A stretch of DNA of 43,149 nt from contig JAUZOY010000001.1 in NCBI GenBank assembly GCA_030706235.1, forward strand, positions 1 to 43,149, written 5' to 3'. Positions 27,488-36,633 of the stretch are shown here, piece after piece. Position numbers and translations under genes: made by a program. Numbering within the stretch: position 1 is the stretch's first letter; every line of letters begins with the position of its first letter. The notes under the pieces are model-generated. The model ran no database searches. It was not told the DNA's origin and saw only the letters and a list, made by a program, of their open reading frames with translations. Source of the DNA: Bacteroidota bacterium. Lineage in GTDB: Bacteria; Bacteroidota; Bacteroidia; Bacteroidales; GWE2-29-8.

Positions 27488-28693
27488 TCAGATTGCTGAG
27501 ACGATGAGGCTCATTGCGTTACCTCCGAAACCTGTGGCGTTTATCATTACTTTTTTGATTGGTTTGTTGGGGATTTTACTTACAGTTACGGGGTAGGGGA
27601 ATCGGGGTATGAAGCCTTGAGTTATGCAGAGGATTGCCAGTTCGAGATTGAGAAGTGCAGATGTGGCAAATGTATGCCCCATAATCCATTTGCCTGAGAA
27701 AACCGCTGGAGGATTTTCTCCGAAAACTTGTTTTATTGCAGCTAACTCTGCATTGTCTCCCTTGATTGTACCGGGAGCATGGAGCAGGATTAAATCAATG
27801 TTTTTATCAGTGATCATATTTTCAATTGCCATACTCATTGATTTAATCAGTGGTTTACCATCAGACGAAATACCGGTGAGTGAAGGCGGCGTTTCGAAAG
27901 CATAACCTATGGATTCGATCTGCACAAGGTATTGAGCTTTATTGATTTTATCATGATCTATTGCCTGCATTATAAATGATGAGGCGGCTTCTCCCAGAAC
28001 GAAAGTATTCTGAGGATTTTCAGAAGAATCTAAAGGACGGCATGGGAATTCAACACCTGAATCTTTAGAATAAATTCCAAGTGCTTCAATCTGGGCAATA
28101 GTGAAAGGTGTCAGTGGAGCTTCACTTGCACCTGCTATGAAAACATCTGCCATACCTGCTTTTAGCCATGCAATTGCATTTGCTATTGATTGAAGTCCGG
28201 TACTACAAGTTGATGAATGGCTGATGAATGGTCCTGTTAATTTTAAATATGATGCGACAGTACTCGAAATATTTCCTAAAGTTGTTAGGGGAGACGTGTT
28301 TATTGGAATTTTCCCATATGGGTCTTTATCAAAAATTGAAAAAATTGATTCGAAAGTTGAAGTTGCTCCTCTTGATGATCCTATAGAAACACCAATATTT
28401 AGTTTTGAATCTGATTGGGTCAGTTCTGATTCTTCAAATGCTTTTTTTGAAGTAAGCAATGCGAGAATAGCTGTTCTGTCAAGCCTTTTTAGTTTAGGTT
28501 CAGATATAATAAGTTGTTTGATTTCTTTTTCAATATTTTCATTGATTGTACCTACTGGGATAAATTTATTCCCAATAGTTTTATATGATATAAAAGATTT
28601 TCGTAAACGATAATTTGTAAGTATTTCAATCTTGTTAATACCTAAAGCTGAGGCAGAAGAAAAACCGCGTATTATAATAGATTTATTTCTCAA
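27488..28693 (-). CDS. Beta-ketoacyl-ACP synthase I/II-like condensing enzyme (orphan)
   Basis: Cys-His-His contexts are present (HSSTCSTGLQS; LLHAPGTIKGD; GHTFATSA) with a C-terminal TGFGGNAMS. The start is TTG (28693), with an in-frame stop 18 nt upstream and no N-terminal ATG. Overlaps the DUF4340 gene by 11 nt. Confidence 0.8.
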   Translation of the reverse strand: MRNKSIIIRGFSSASALGINKIEILTNYRLRKSFISYKTIGNKFIPVGTINENIEKEIKQLIISEPKLKRLDRTAILALLTSKKAFEESELTQSDSKLNIGVSIGSSRGATSTFESIFSIFDKDPYGKIPINTSPLTTLGNISSTVASYLKLTGPFISHSSTCSTGLQSIANAIAWLKAGMADVFIAGASEAPLTPFTIAQIEALGIYSKDSGVEFPCRPLDSSENPQNTFVLGEAASSFIMQAIDHDKINKAQYLVQIESIGYAFETPPSLTGISSDGKPLIKSMSMAIENMITDKNIDLILLHAPGTIKGDNAELAAIKQVFGENPPAVFSGKWIMGHTFATSALLNLELAILCITQGFIPRFPYPVTVSKIPNKPIKKVMINATGFGGNAMSLIVSAI

Positions 28694-29726
28694 AGTAGCT
28701 GACGGGTTTTAGAATTTTATCAAATTCGTAATATTGAATCTGGATAAAGTCTTTATCATCATTTATAAAAGCAAACATTCTGTCTCTATCATATTTTAAT
28801 GGAATCCCCTTTAGATCTGTTTCGTCTTGTTTTGCCCCCTTATGATACATGTTTACAATCATTATTTTTCCGCTTTTATCTTTAATTGAAAGTGTATAAA
28901 TGCATCCTTCTTTTTTTATGGAATCTTTTTCCGCAGTTGAAGCATCAGGAAGGAATGCTTCAAGACTTATCTTACTGAAACCGGATATATAATTCTTTAG
29001 CTTATGATTATTTAAATTGGTTAACTGACGATTATTATCGTTAATTGCAAATAGGGATATGTTGTTTTTTCCGTCATATTTCATTTCAAATGATTTTTCA
29101 GGTTCATTATGATAAGTTAGTTTGATAGATCTTATATCAGTAATTCTATATTTGGCAATGATTCTTTCTCTCCATTCAATTTCTTTAGCTGCATATCTTG
29201 GCGTAAGAAATCCCATAACAGATGGCAGATAAGTAATGAATGGTTCTTTGGCTCCTTCAAGTAGCATATATGTGCCCTGCTGGTTTTGAGTGGCTCCACC
29301 TACATAATAGACTTTTGAAAGTTTTTCATGTTTAATAAGTCTTATACCCCAGAAATCAATAATATATTTGGTCTGATATATTTCAACTTTTACTGAATTT
29401 GCAGCAAGTCTTGAAATTACAGTGTTGTGAGCAGCTTTGGCAACCGGAGATTGAACTTCGATTTGTTTCATTGTTTTAAGTAGAATTTTCATAAGATCTA
29501 CTCTTGCAATATACTTGTCATTTACTGTCCAGTAGCCATCCAAACGTTTCAGGGTAACCTGATTATTCATTTTATCAGCCATAAATATTTTGGTTATTGA
29601 AGCTGTATCCTCAATAGCAAAATCAGATACCTCTTTTTTTAAAGTTCCTTTCTTGTTATTGAAAAGTAGAAAAGCAGTAATAATCAATAGTATAATCGCG
29701 ATTATTATGGTTATTTTATTTTTCAT
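28683..29726 (-). CDS. DUF4340 domain-containing protein (N-terminal membrane anchor)
   Basis: N-terminal TM (ITIIIAIILLIITAFLLF), then repeated beta-rich modules. It occupies the position after a GldG-like gene that is typical for DUF4340. Confidence 0.7.
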   Translation of the reverse strand: MKNKITIIIAIILLIITAFLLFNNKKGTLKKEVSDFAIEDTASITKIFMADKMNNQVTLKRLDGYWTVNDKYIARVDLMKILLKTMKQIEVQSPVAKAAHNTVISRLAANSVKVEIYQTKYIIDFWGIRLIKHEKLSKVYYVGGATQNQQGTYMLLEGAKEPFITYLPSVMGFLTPRYAAKEIEWRERIIAKYRITDIRSIKLTYHNEPEKSFEMKYDGKNNISLFAINDNNRQLTNLNNHKLKNYISGFSKISLEAFLPDASTAEKDSIKKEGCIYTLSIKDKSGKIMIVNMYHKGAKQDETDLKGIPLKYDRDRMFAFINDDKDFIQIQYYEFDKILKPVSYFEK

Positions 29727-29841
29727 TTTATTAAAATTATCTAAGTGTTTATGATTAAGCTTTATAAATTAAATTAAGTTTAGTATTTAAACATAGAAAG
29801 AATTAAAAAACTGCATGACGGAGGTATTAAAAAATCTTTTA

Positions 29842-31551
29842 TTAAGTTGAGTATTTTCTTTTGCGCATTGTAGTTTGATATATCCCGAATCCGATTATCA
29901 AAACTATTGGAATAATAATATTTATTATTTGCCAGAATAGACCACTATCAGATATTTCGGATTTGTCCAGTAGTCTCAACTTTAATTCCTTTGATCTTGC
30001 AGATATTAAACCACTATCGTCACAAAGATAATTCATTGCATTTAAGATCAGGTCTTTATTGCCGAAAGTGTGCTTTGTGTATTTGTCATATCCAAGAGGG
30101 TAGGGAACTTTTTTACCATTTGAAACATAAACCTGGTTTTTAATAATATCACCATCTGCAATTACAATCATTTTATTTTCAGTACTTATATTTTTAAACC
30201 CTATTTCAGGATTATTCATTATTTCAGGAGTTAGTCTGTTTGCGAAAATAGAATGAAATTTACCTTCGAGTAGCACAGCGACTGGTATGTAAGATTTATT
30301 GAATGACGAAGGATCCGGTTTTTTCCTTAAAATCTCCAGGTTAATAATTGCGGGAGTATTTACAACTTTTGAATATTTAGAAGAGGTAAGAAGTATAGTT
30401 TTTTTGATACCTTTTGCTCCAACAGTATCGATACTACTGATAAATTCTGTTCTAACTGCATTTAGATTATTAACAATGGGATGGTTTATAGATGGGGTCA
30501 ACACAGGGAAATAGTACCATGGCAATAGAGATTGCTGAGGTTGATTGCCCATTTGTCCGGTAACAACTGGAATCGGAACTGATTGCATGTCAAGAATAAG
30601 ATTGGTATTTAATCTTACTCCATACCTGAAAAGCATATCTTCAAGGTTTAATGTATTGATGACACCAACAGTAGTATTATTGTTACGGAGGCTATCCATG
30701 CTTGCAAATACAGGGTCAATAAGCCATAATACTTTTCCACCTTTCATAATGAATTGATCAATTATGAATTTATCCTTATCATCAAAAATAGAATCAGGTT
30801 TTGCGATTATGATAGATTTGTAATCCTTAAGGCTATTAAGTTTGTGATTAATATTTACTCTGCTTACAGAATAATATTCTGAAAGAGCTCCGGCGATATC
30901 TTCAACTTCAATTTTACCGAGTTCTCCATGTCCTTCTATAAATCCAATTTTAGGTTTCTGAACAGTAGATAATTTTCTTATAGCACTTGCTAAAGAATAC
31001 TCAAGTGATTGTACAGAGTTATTGAGTACCTGATCAGAGCTGACGCCCATTTGACTTAGGAGTAATTGAACGGGAACTTCTCTTTCTTTATAAGTAACAA
31101 TAGCTCCGGGGAAGATTATTTTCTCTGATCTTCCTCCATTTTCAGCCGTTTGAAGATTGGTCGGATCAAGTCCCTTCATATATAATTGTCGGTAAATACT
31201 GTTCCTGGTCTTTTTGTCGGGACTTTCAGATGGGTTTATAAATTCATATTCGATGTTTTTTGAATATGCTCTGAATTGATTAAGCATTTCCTTTGTTTCA
31301 TTACGTAATCTTTTAAAGCCTGCCGGAAAATCACCTTCCAGATATACTTTGAAATAAACTATATCATCAAGTTTCTTCAGCATATTAATTGTTGCGGGAG
31401 ATAGAGAATATCTTTTTTCAGCAGTAAGGTCAATCCTTGAAAACCAAAAAGAACCTATGTAATTTATAAGGAAGATTATTGCAAGACTAAGTATTAACTG
31501 AATTATATTTTGTCTTTTGAGTAATGTTTTTTTTGAAACTTTTTTTACCAT
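29842..31551 (-). CDS. gldG: Gliding-motility-associated ABC transporter substrate-binding/accessory protein GldG
   Basis: N-terminal TM, then the RIDLTAEKRYSLS motif typical of GldG. C-terminal TM. 569 aa. Overlaps gldF by 7 nt. Confidence 0.9.
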   Translation of the reverse strand: MVKKVSKKTLLKRQNIIQLILSLAIIFLINYIGSFWFSRIDLTAEKRYSLSPATINMLKKLDDIVYFKVYLEGDFPAGFKRLRNETKEMLNQFRAYSKNIEYEFINPSESPDKKTRNSIYRQLYMKGLDPTNLQTAENGGRSEKIIFPGAIVTYKEREVPVQLLLSQMGVSSDQVLNNSVQSLEYSLASAIRKLSTVQKPKIGFIEGHGELGKIEVEDIAGALSEYYSVSRVNINHKLNSLKDYKSIIIAKPDSIFDDKDKFIIDQFIMKGGKVLWLIDPVFASMDSLRNNNTTVGVINTLNLEDMLFRYGVRLNTNLILDMQSVPIPVVTGQMGNQPQQSLLPWYYFPVLTPSINHPIVNNLNAVRTEFISSIDTVGAKGIKKTILLTSSKYSKVVNTPAIINLEILRKKPDPSSFNKSYIPVAVLLEGKFHSIFANRLTPEIMNNPEIGFKNISTENKMIVIADGDIIKNQVYVSNGKKVPYPLGYDKYTKHTFGNKDLILNAMNYLCDDSGLISARSKELKLRLLDKSEISDSGLFWQIINIIIPIVLIIGFGIYQTTMRKRKYST

Positions 31552-32276
31552 TTTCTTGATTCGAGAGAAATTTTGGTTAAAAGAATGAATATTGAAATAA
31601 GGCTCAGAAAATAGATTACATCTCTGGTATCAATAACACCTCTGCTCATTGATATGTAGTGGGCATTGATTCCCAGAGTATTGATAAATAGATCTATTTT
31701 CCCGAAAAGATTCAGAGAATATATGAATTCAAATCCAATATAGGCAAATCCACAGAGTATGATTGAAATTATAAAAGATATAATTTGATTATCAGTAAGA
31801 GAAGAAGCAAACAGACCAATAGCAACAAATCCTGCACTAAGAAAAAGCAGCCCGATATAAGACCCCCATGTCCCGCCTACATCAAGATTTCCCTGAGGAT
31901 CACCTAACAGATATACTGAAACATAATAAATCAATGTCGGAAGTAAAGATAAAATGACGATTGAAAGATTGGCAAAATACTTACTTAATATAATCTGAAG
32001 ATCGCTCAGAGGTTTGGTAAGTAAAAGTTCAATCGTTCCTGATTTCTTTTCGTCAGAAAATGAACGCATAGTAACTGCAGGAATAAGGAAAAGAAAAACA
32101 AATGGTGCAAGCATAAACATACTGTCAAGAGTGGCATACCCGCTATCCAGAATATTAAAATCTGTGGGTAATGCCCATAGAAACAGGCTGTTGATAAGTA
32201 GAAATACAATAACTACTATATAACCTATCAATGAACTGAAATAACTGCTGATTTCTTTTTGTAATAGTGTAAACAT
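31545..32276 (-). CDS. gldF: Gliding-motility-associated ABC-2 type permease GldF
   Basis: MFTLLQKEISSYFSSLIGYIVVIVFLL is a typical GldF N-terminus, followed by 6 TM segments. The track ORF extends 25 codons further (to 32351), but the ATG at 32276 fits the family N-terminus. Confidence 0.88.
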   Translation of the reverse strand: MFTLLQKEISSYFSSLIGYIVVIVFLLINSLFLWALPTDFNILDSGYATLDSMFMLAPFVFLFLIPAVTMRSFSDEKKSGTIELLLTKPLSDLQIILSKYFANLSIVILSLLPTLIYYVSVYLLGDPQGNLDVGGTWGSYIGLLFLSAGFVAIGLFASSLTDNQIISFIISIILCGFAYIGFEFIYSLNLFGKIDLFINTLGINAHYISMSRGVIDTRDVIYFLSLISIFILLTKISLESRKW

Positions 32277-32457
32277 GAATATAACCGATTTAATAAATCG
32301 TTTGCAAAGGTATAGATTTTTATTAATTAAATATGGTTTAAAAGAAAGCATCTTTTTTAAAAATATCAGTTGCGTCCATATTATTGATTATCAATTTTGA
32401 TTTAAAAATTTCAAATAATTTTTAGAAAATGAAAGCGTTTATGTTATAAAATTCATG

Positions 32458-32465
32458 TAGGTTTG
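32458..32465 (+). promoter_or_regulatory. Candidate -7 promoter box (TAGGTTTG) for purF
   Basis: Matches TAnnTTTG 23 nt upstream of the purF ATG. The same 11-mer ATGTAGGTTTG recurs at 40647-40657 upstream of mrp. Confidence 0.4.
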
Positions 32466-32487
32466 CACTTTATTTGATATTTGAACT

Positions 32488-34389
32488 ATGAGCGATCAGA
32501 TCAAGCACGAATGTGGAATAGCTTTAATCAGACTTTTAAAACCTCTGGAATATTATTTAGGAAAATATGGGGAGCTTACTTATGGAATAAATAAGTTGTA
32601 TCTTCTGATGGAAAAACAACATAATAGGGGACAGGACGGAGCAGGAGTGGCATGTGTGAAATTTGATCTTGATCCTGGAAGAGCTTATCTCAACAGATTA
32701 AGGTCAAACTCGTCCTCTCCAATCAGAGATATTTTTGACCAGATTAATGGTACTTTATATAAAGTTTATTCTGAAAATTCAAAACTTATTGGCGATCCTA
32801 TCTGGTTGAAGAATAACGTTCCGTTTGTAGGAGAATTATATCTTGGACATTTGCGTTATGGAACATTTGGTGGAAACAGTATAGAAAATTGTCATCCTTT
32901 TCTCAGAGAAAATAACTGGAAAACGAGGAATCTGGCAATAGCGGGTAATTTTAATCTTACAAATGTTGATGAGTTATTTCAACGATTACTTGGACTTGGT
33001 CAGAATCCTATAGATACATCTGATAATATAACAATTCTTGAAAAAATAGGACATTTTCTTGATATGGAAAATGAAAGACTTTTCAGACAATTTAAAGAAA
33101 AGGGTTATACAAGGAAAGACATCTCACCTTTAATAGCTAAAGAAATGGATATCCAGAGAATTCTCAGTAATGCTTGCAGAAGATGGGATGGCGGTTATGT
33201 TATTGGTGGTCTTTTAGGCCATGGAGATGCATTTGTCCTTAGGGATGAAGCAGGAATCAGACCGGCTTTTTATTATCATGATGACGAAGTTGTTGTGGTA
33301 GCCTCTGAAAGACCTGTTATACAAACAGCTTTTAATGTTCCTTTGAATACTATTCATGAAATTAAACCCGGCCATGCTTTAATCATTAAAAAAGAAGGCA
33401 AAGTAGGGGAATATAAATGCAAAGATGCATTAGAAAAAAAATCATGTTCATTTGAGAGAATATATTTTTCAAGGGGAACTGATGCAGATATTTATCAGGA
33501 AAGAAAAAATTTAGGTAAGTTTATATGCCCTGAGATATTAAAATCAATAAATTATGATATAGAAAATACAGTATTTTCATATATTCCCAATACTGCAAGT
33601 GCAGCTTTCTATGGGCTGACAGAGGCTGTTACAAGTTATTGTAATGATGTTAAAAAGGAAAGAATTCTTAAGGAAGGTCCAAAACTTAATGAAAAAAAAC
33701 TTGAAGAAATACTTAAATTTGGGGTAAGAATAGATAAGGTAGCAGTTAAGGATATAAAACTAAGAACATTTATAACTCAGGATGTTAAAAGAGATGATAT
33801 GGCTGCTCACGTATATGATGTCACATATGGAACGGTCAGGAAAGATAAGGATACACTTGTTGTAATTGATGATTCTATTGTCAGAGGGACAACTCTTAAA
33901 CAAAGTATTTTAAGAATGCTCGACAGACTATCTCCCAAAAAGATTATTGTTGTTTCTTCTGCACCACAAATAAGGTATCCTGATTGTTATGGTATTGATA
34001 TGGCTAAACTTAGCGATTTTATCGCATTTAAAGCTGTAATAGAGCTTCTTAGGGAAAATAATAAATCATATATAATTAACGAAGTTTACCGCGAATCAAA
34101 AGCACAAGAAAATCTTCCTAAAGAGGAAATTGTAAATTACGTAAAGAAAATATATAAACCATTTACTCCAACTCAGATATCCAATAAAATATCAAGCTTA
34201 CTTACTCCAAAAGGGATAAAAGCAGAGGTAGAAATAATATTTCAGACAATAGAAAATCTGCATGCCGCATGTCCTGATAATAATGGAGATTGGTATTTTA
34301 CAGGTGATTACCCTACGCCAGGTGGAAATAAAGTAGTAAACCGCTCTTTCATTAATTATATAGAAGGACGCAATGAAAGGGCTTATTAA
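32488..34389 (+). CDS. purF: Amidophosphoribosyltransferase (class II glutamine amidotransferase, long Bacteroidetes form)
   Basis: N-terminal nucleophile context HECGIALI, Ntn-amidotransferase motifs (RGQDGAG, GHLRYGT) and the PRTase motif VVIDDSIVRGTT. Confidence 0.9.
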   Translation: MSDQIKHECGIALIRLLKPLEYYLGKYGELTYGINKLYLLMEKQHNRGQDGAGVACVKFDLDPGRAYLNRLRSNSSSPIRDIFDQINGTLYKVYSENSKLIGDPIWLKNNVPFVGELYLGHLRYGTFGGNSIENCHPFLRENNWKTRNLAIAGNFNLTNVDELFQRLLGLGQNPIDTSDNITILEKIGHFLDMENERLFRQFKEKGYTRKDISPLIAKEMDIQRILSNACRRWDGGYVIGGLLGHGDAFVLRDEAGIRPAFYYHDDEVVVVASERPVIQTAFNVPLNTIHEIKPGHALIIKKEGKVGEYKCKDALEKKSCSFERIYFSRGTDADIYQERKNLGKFICPEILKSINYDIENTVFSYIPNTASAAFYGLTEAVTSYCNDVKKERILKEGPKLNEKKLEEILKFGVRIDKVAVKDIKLRTFITQDVKRDDMAAHVYDVTYGTVRKDKDTLVVIDDSIVRGTTLKQSILRMLDRLSPKKIIVVSSAPQIRYPDCYGIDMAKLSDFIAFKAVIELLRENNKSYIINEVYRESKAQENLPKEEIVNYVKKIYKPFTPTQISNKISSLLTPKGIKAEVEIIFQTIENLHAACPDNNGDWYFTGDYPTPGGNKVVNRSFINYIEGRNERAY

Positions 34390-34549
34390 TAATTTTTTAA
34401 AATTCTGATTAATAATATTTGATATCATTTTTTAATAACAAAATCTGATAGAATAAAAAAATGTATATTTTTTTTTAATGGTATTATAAATTTAATTTGT
34501 AATTTTACCCCAAATTTAATAGCTAAATTAATAATTTTAAAAAAGTATT

Positions 34550-36472
34550 ATGAAGAGAAGTTTAATATTTTGTTTAAGTATTGTAATTTCAGCATTTGTT
34601 TTTGCTCAAAGCAATCTTAATAAATGCAGTATGAAATTATGCAGTAATCAAAAGAAGAGTAATGTCTCCTTTTTAAATGAAAATAATGCTACGATAGTAG
34701 CAAATTCAGGGAAAGCTAATATTTTACCAAGACTAAAAAGTAATGGTTTTAAGTCAGTGAAGTTTTCTAGTTCGGTGAATGTTGTTGGTCTGAAAAGTGC
34801 AAGAGAAGCCTGTCTAACAGCTAATCAGGATTTAAACCTTGTCATGTTTACTCATAGAGGAGGTGGAGAGTATGGCTTAACCGGTAATGATGTGAAATGC
34901 TCTTTTTTTAATGGAGATGGAAATAATTTGGATTCAGTTATTGTTTTACAAAATGGCGCTAACGGACAAAATGTAAAATACTGTAGAATTCCTTCAGGAG
35001 TAATATATAATCCTTCAGGAAATACAACTGTATCAAATGCATATGCAGTTGTCAGTGGATTGAATCTTATAGGTGCAAATCAGGCTGATTCAATAACTGG
35101 AGATATTGAATGCTATTTTGGCAGCAAGAAATTAAATGGTCAAAATGGAGATAATTTATATCTTGATTCAAAAGTATCTCATATGAGTAATTTTTGGCAA
35201 GGGATGAGCATTGATGGTAATGGTGTTGCTCATGTTTTAGGGTATTCAACAGATACAACAATATTATATTTAATTTCTAATAAAGGTACTTTTGTTGATA
35301 GTACAAAAAAATTCCAATGGGAAAGAAAAAATATAGGACTATCAACTCTAAACGCATATTATGTTGCTGATGCATGGTCAAATGATGGTCAGACCGGATA
35401 TATTGTAGCTATAGGAATGGATTCAACAAATAGTTTTAAATCCCCATTGCCTGTTATATATAAAACTACAGATGCAGGACAAAATTGGACTCTTAAAAAA
35501 CCGGTTAATTTTAATAATATGCCGGAATTAACAAAATATCTAAGATCAACAGCTCCTGATGAAAATGGAAATACAACAAAAAGGGCATTTTTTACAGATG
35601 AATTTAAACCAATAGTTGATGCAAAAGGTGATTTACATATTTTATCAGTTGTATATTCAGCTAGTTCCAATAAAGCAGATTCTTTGAATTATTATTGGGC
35701 AATGAATGGTGTAGTATTTGATTTAAGTACTTCTGATTCTATTTGGAAAGTTAGAATGATTGATACTCTTTCTTCAAGAGTTGTTGATGCAGCAAAAGAT
35801 CATAATGCATTAGGTGCAGGTACTGCAAATGCTGTTGGTTGGGATCACAGAATTATGGCTGCAAAAACTTCAGATGGAAATAAAGTATTTTGTTTCTGGA
35901 CAGATACAGACCCAGATAATTTATCAGGAGAAATGAATAATATCAATCCTGATTTGTATGGATGGGCTTTGGATATCAATACCGGGAATACAATACCTGC
36001 ATATAATATTACATCTTCTTCATACTACTCTCAATTGATGTATTTTACTTATGTTTCTGATATTATTCTTAAAGATGGAAATACATATAATATTCCTGTA
36101 ACATTTACTACTATCCAATCTGATCCTACATCACCTATTTATCATTATTATTTAAATGGTGTTCAGATGAAAGAAACAGATTTTACAAATAGCATAAAAG
36201 AAGTTAAAAATAATGATTTTAGTTTAACTGGAAATTATCCAAATCCTGTAAGAAATACTACTTCATTTACATTGAATTTAGCAAAATCAGCTAATGTTTC
36301 GGTTTCAGTTTTCAATGCTATTGGACAAAAAGTTATGGGAATAGAAGAAGGTAGAAAAGCTTCAGGTGCTCATACAATTAGTCTGGATTGCAGGAATTTG
36401 AAATCAGGTTTATATTTTTATACAGTAAAAGCCGGAGAAAAATCAATTACTCAAAAAATGATTGTTGAATAA
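34550..36472 (+). CDS. Secreted protein with a T9SS C-terminal sorting domain (CTD type A) and at least one BNR/Asp-box
   Basis: Signal peptide, an Asp-box TTDAGQNWT, and a C-terminal ~80 aa (NYPNPVRNTTSFTLNL...GLYFYTVKAGEKSITQKMIV) that matches the Por secretion tail pattern. Confidence 0.8.
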   Translation: MKRSLIFCLSIVISAFVFAQSNLNKCSMKLCSNQKKSNVSFLNENNATIVANSGKANILPRLKSNGFKSVKFSSSVNVVGLKSAREACLTANQDLNLVMFTHRGGGEYGLTGNDVKCSFFNGDGNNLDSVIVLQNGANGQNVKYCRIPSGVIYNPSGNTTVSNAYAVVSGLNLIGANQADSITGDIECYFGSKKLNGQNGDNLYLDSKVSHMSNFWQGMSIDGNGVAHVLGYSTDTTILYLISNKGTFVDSTKKFQWERKNIGLSTLNAYYVADAWSNDGQTGYIVAIGMDSTNSFKSPLPVIYKTTDAGQNWTLKKPVNFNNMPELTKYLRSTAPDENGNTTKRAFFTDEFKPIVDAKGDLHILSVVYSASSNKADSLNYYWAMNGVVFDLSTSDSIWKVRMIDTLSSRVVDAAKDHNALGAGTANAVGWDHRIMAAKTSDGNKVFCFWTDTDPDNLSGEMNNINPDLYGWALDINTGNTIPAYNITSSSYYSQLMYFTYVSDIILKDGNTYNIPVTFTTIQSDPTSPIYHYYLNGVQMKETDFTNSIKEVKNNDFSLTGNYPNPVRNTTSFTLNLAKSANVSVSVFNAIGQKVMGIEEGRKASGAHTISLDCRNLKSGLYFYTVKAGEKSITQKMIVE

Positions 36473-36568
36473 CTTATCATATGTAAAATTGATGATTTAA
36501 AATGCCAAATAATTTTTTAAATTATATTGAATTTTATATCTTATTAAGTTTTTAAAGTAATAAATGTT

Positions 36569-36606
36569 GGAAAGCCTGGAATTAACTTCCAGGCTTTCTG
36601 ATTTAA
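36569..36606 (+). terminator. Rho-independent terminator after the T9SS cargo gene
   Basis: 11-bp stem GAAAGCCTGGA/TCCAGGCTTTC (36570-36580 pairs with 36588-36598) with a 7-nt loop. The trailing T-run is short. Confidence 0.7.
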
Positions 36607-36633
36607 TAATTTGTCAATTTAAAACGTTTCAAA

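Noticed and set aside
29842-32351. Absence of the ABC ATPase gene gldA next to gldF-gldG as a possible anomaly
   Set aside because: In Flavobacterium johnsoniae gldA is also encoded at a separate locus from gldF-gldG, so an unlinked ATPase gene is the expected arrangement.
32277-32351. 25-codon N-terminal extension of gldF; likewise the 22-codon extension of the mltD-like ORF at 40444-40509
   Set aside because: The internal ATGs (32276; 40443) give N-termini matching the family pattern (MFTLLQKE...) or a proper signal peptide (MNKILKAFLIINLL...). The extensions are K/Y/L-rich and lack those features.
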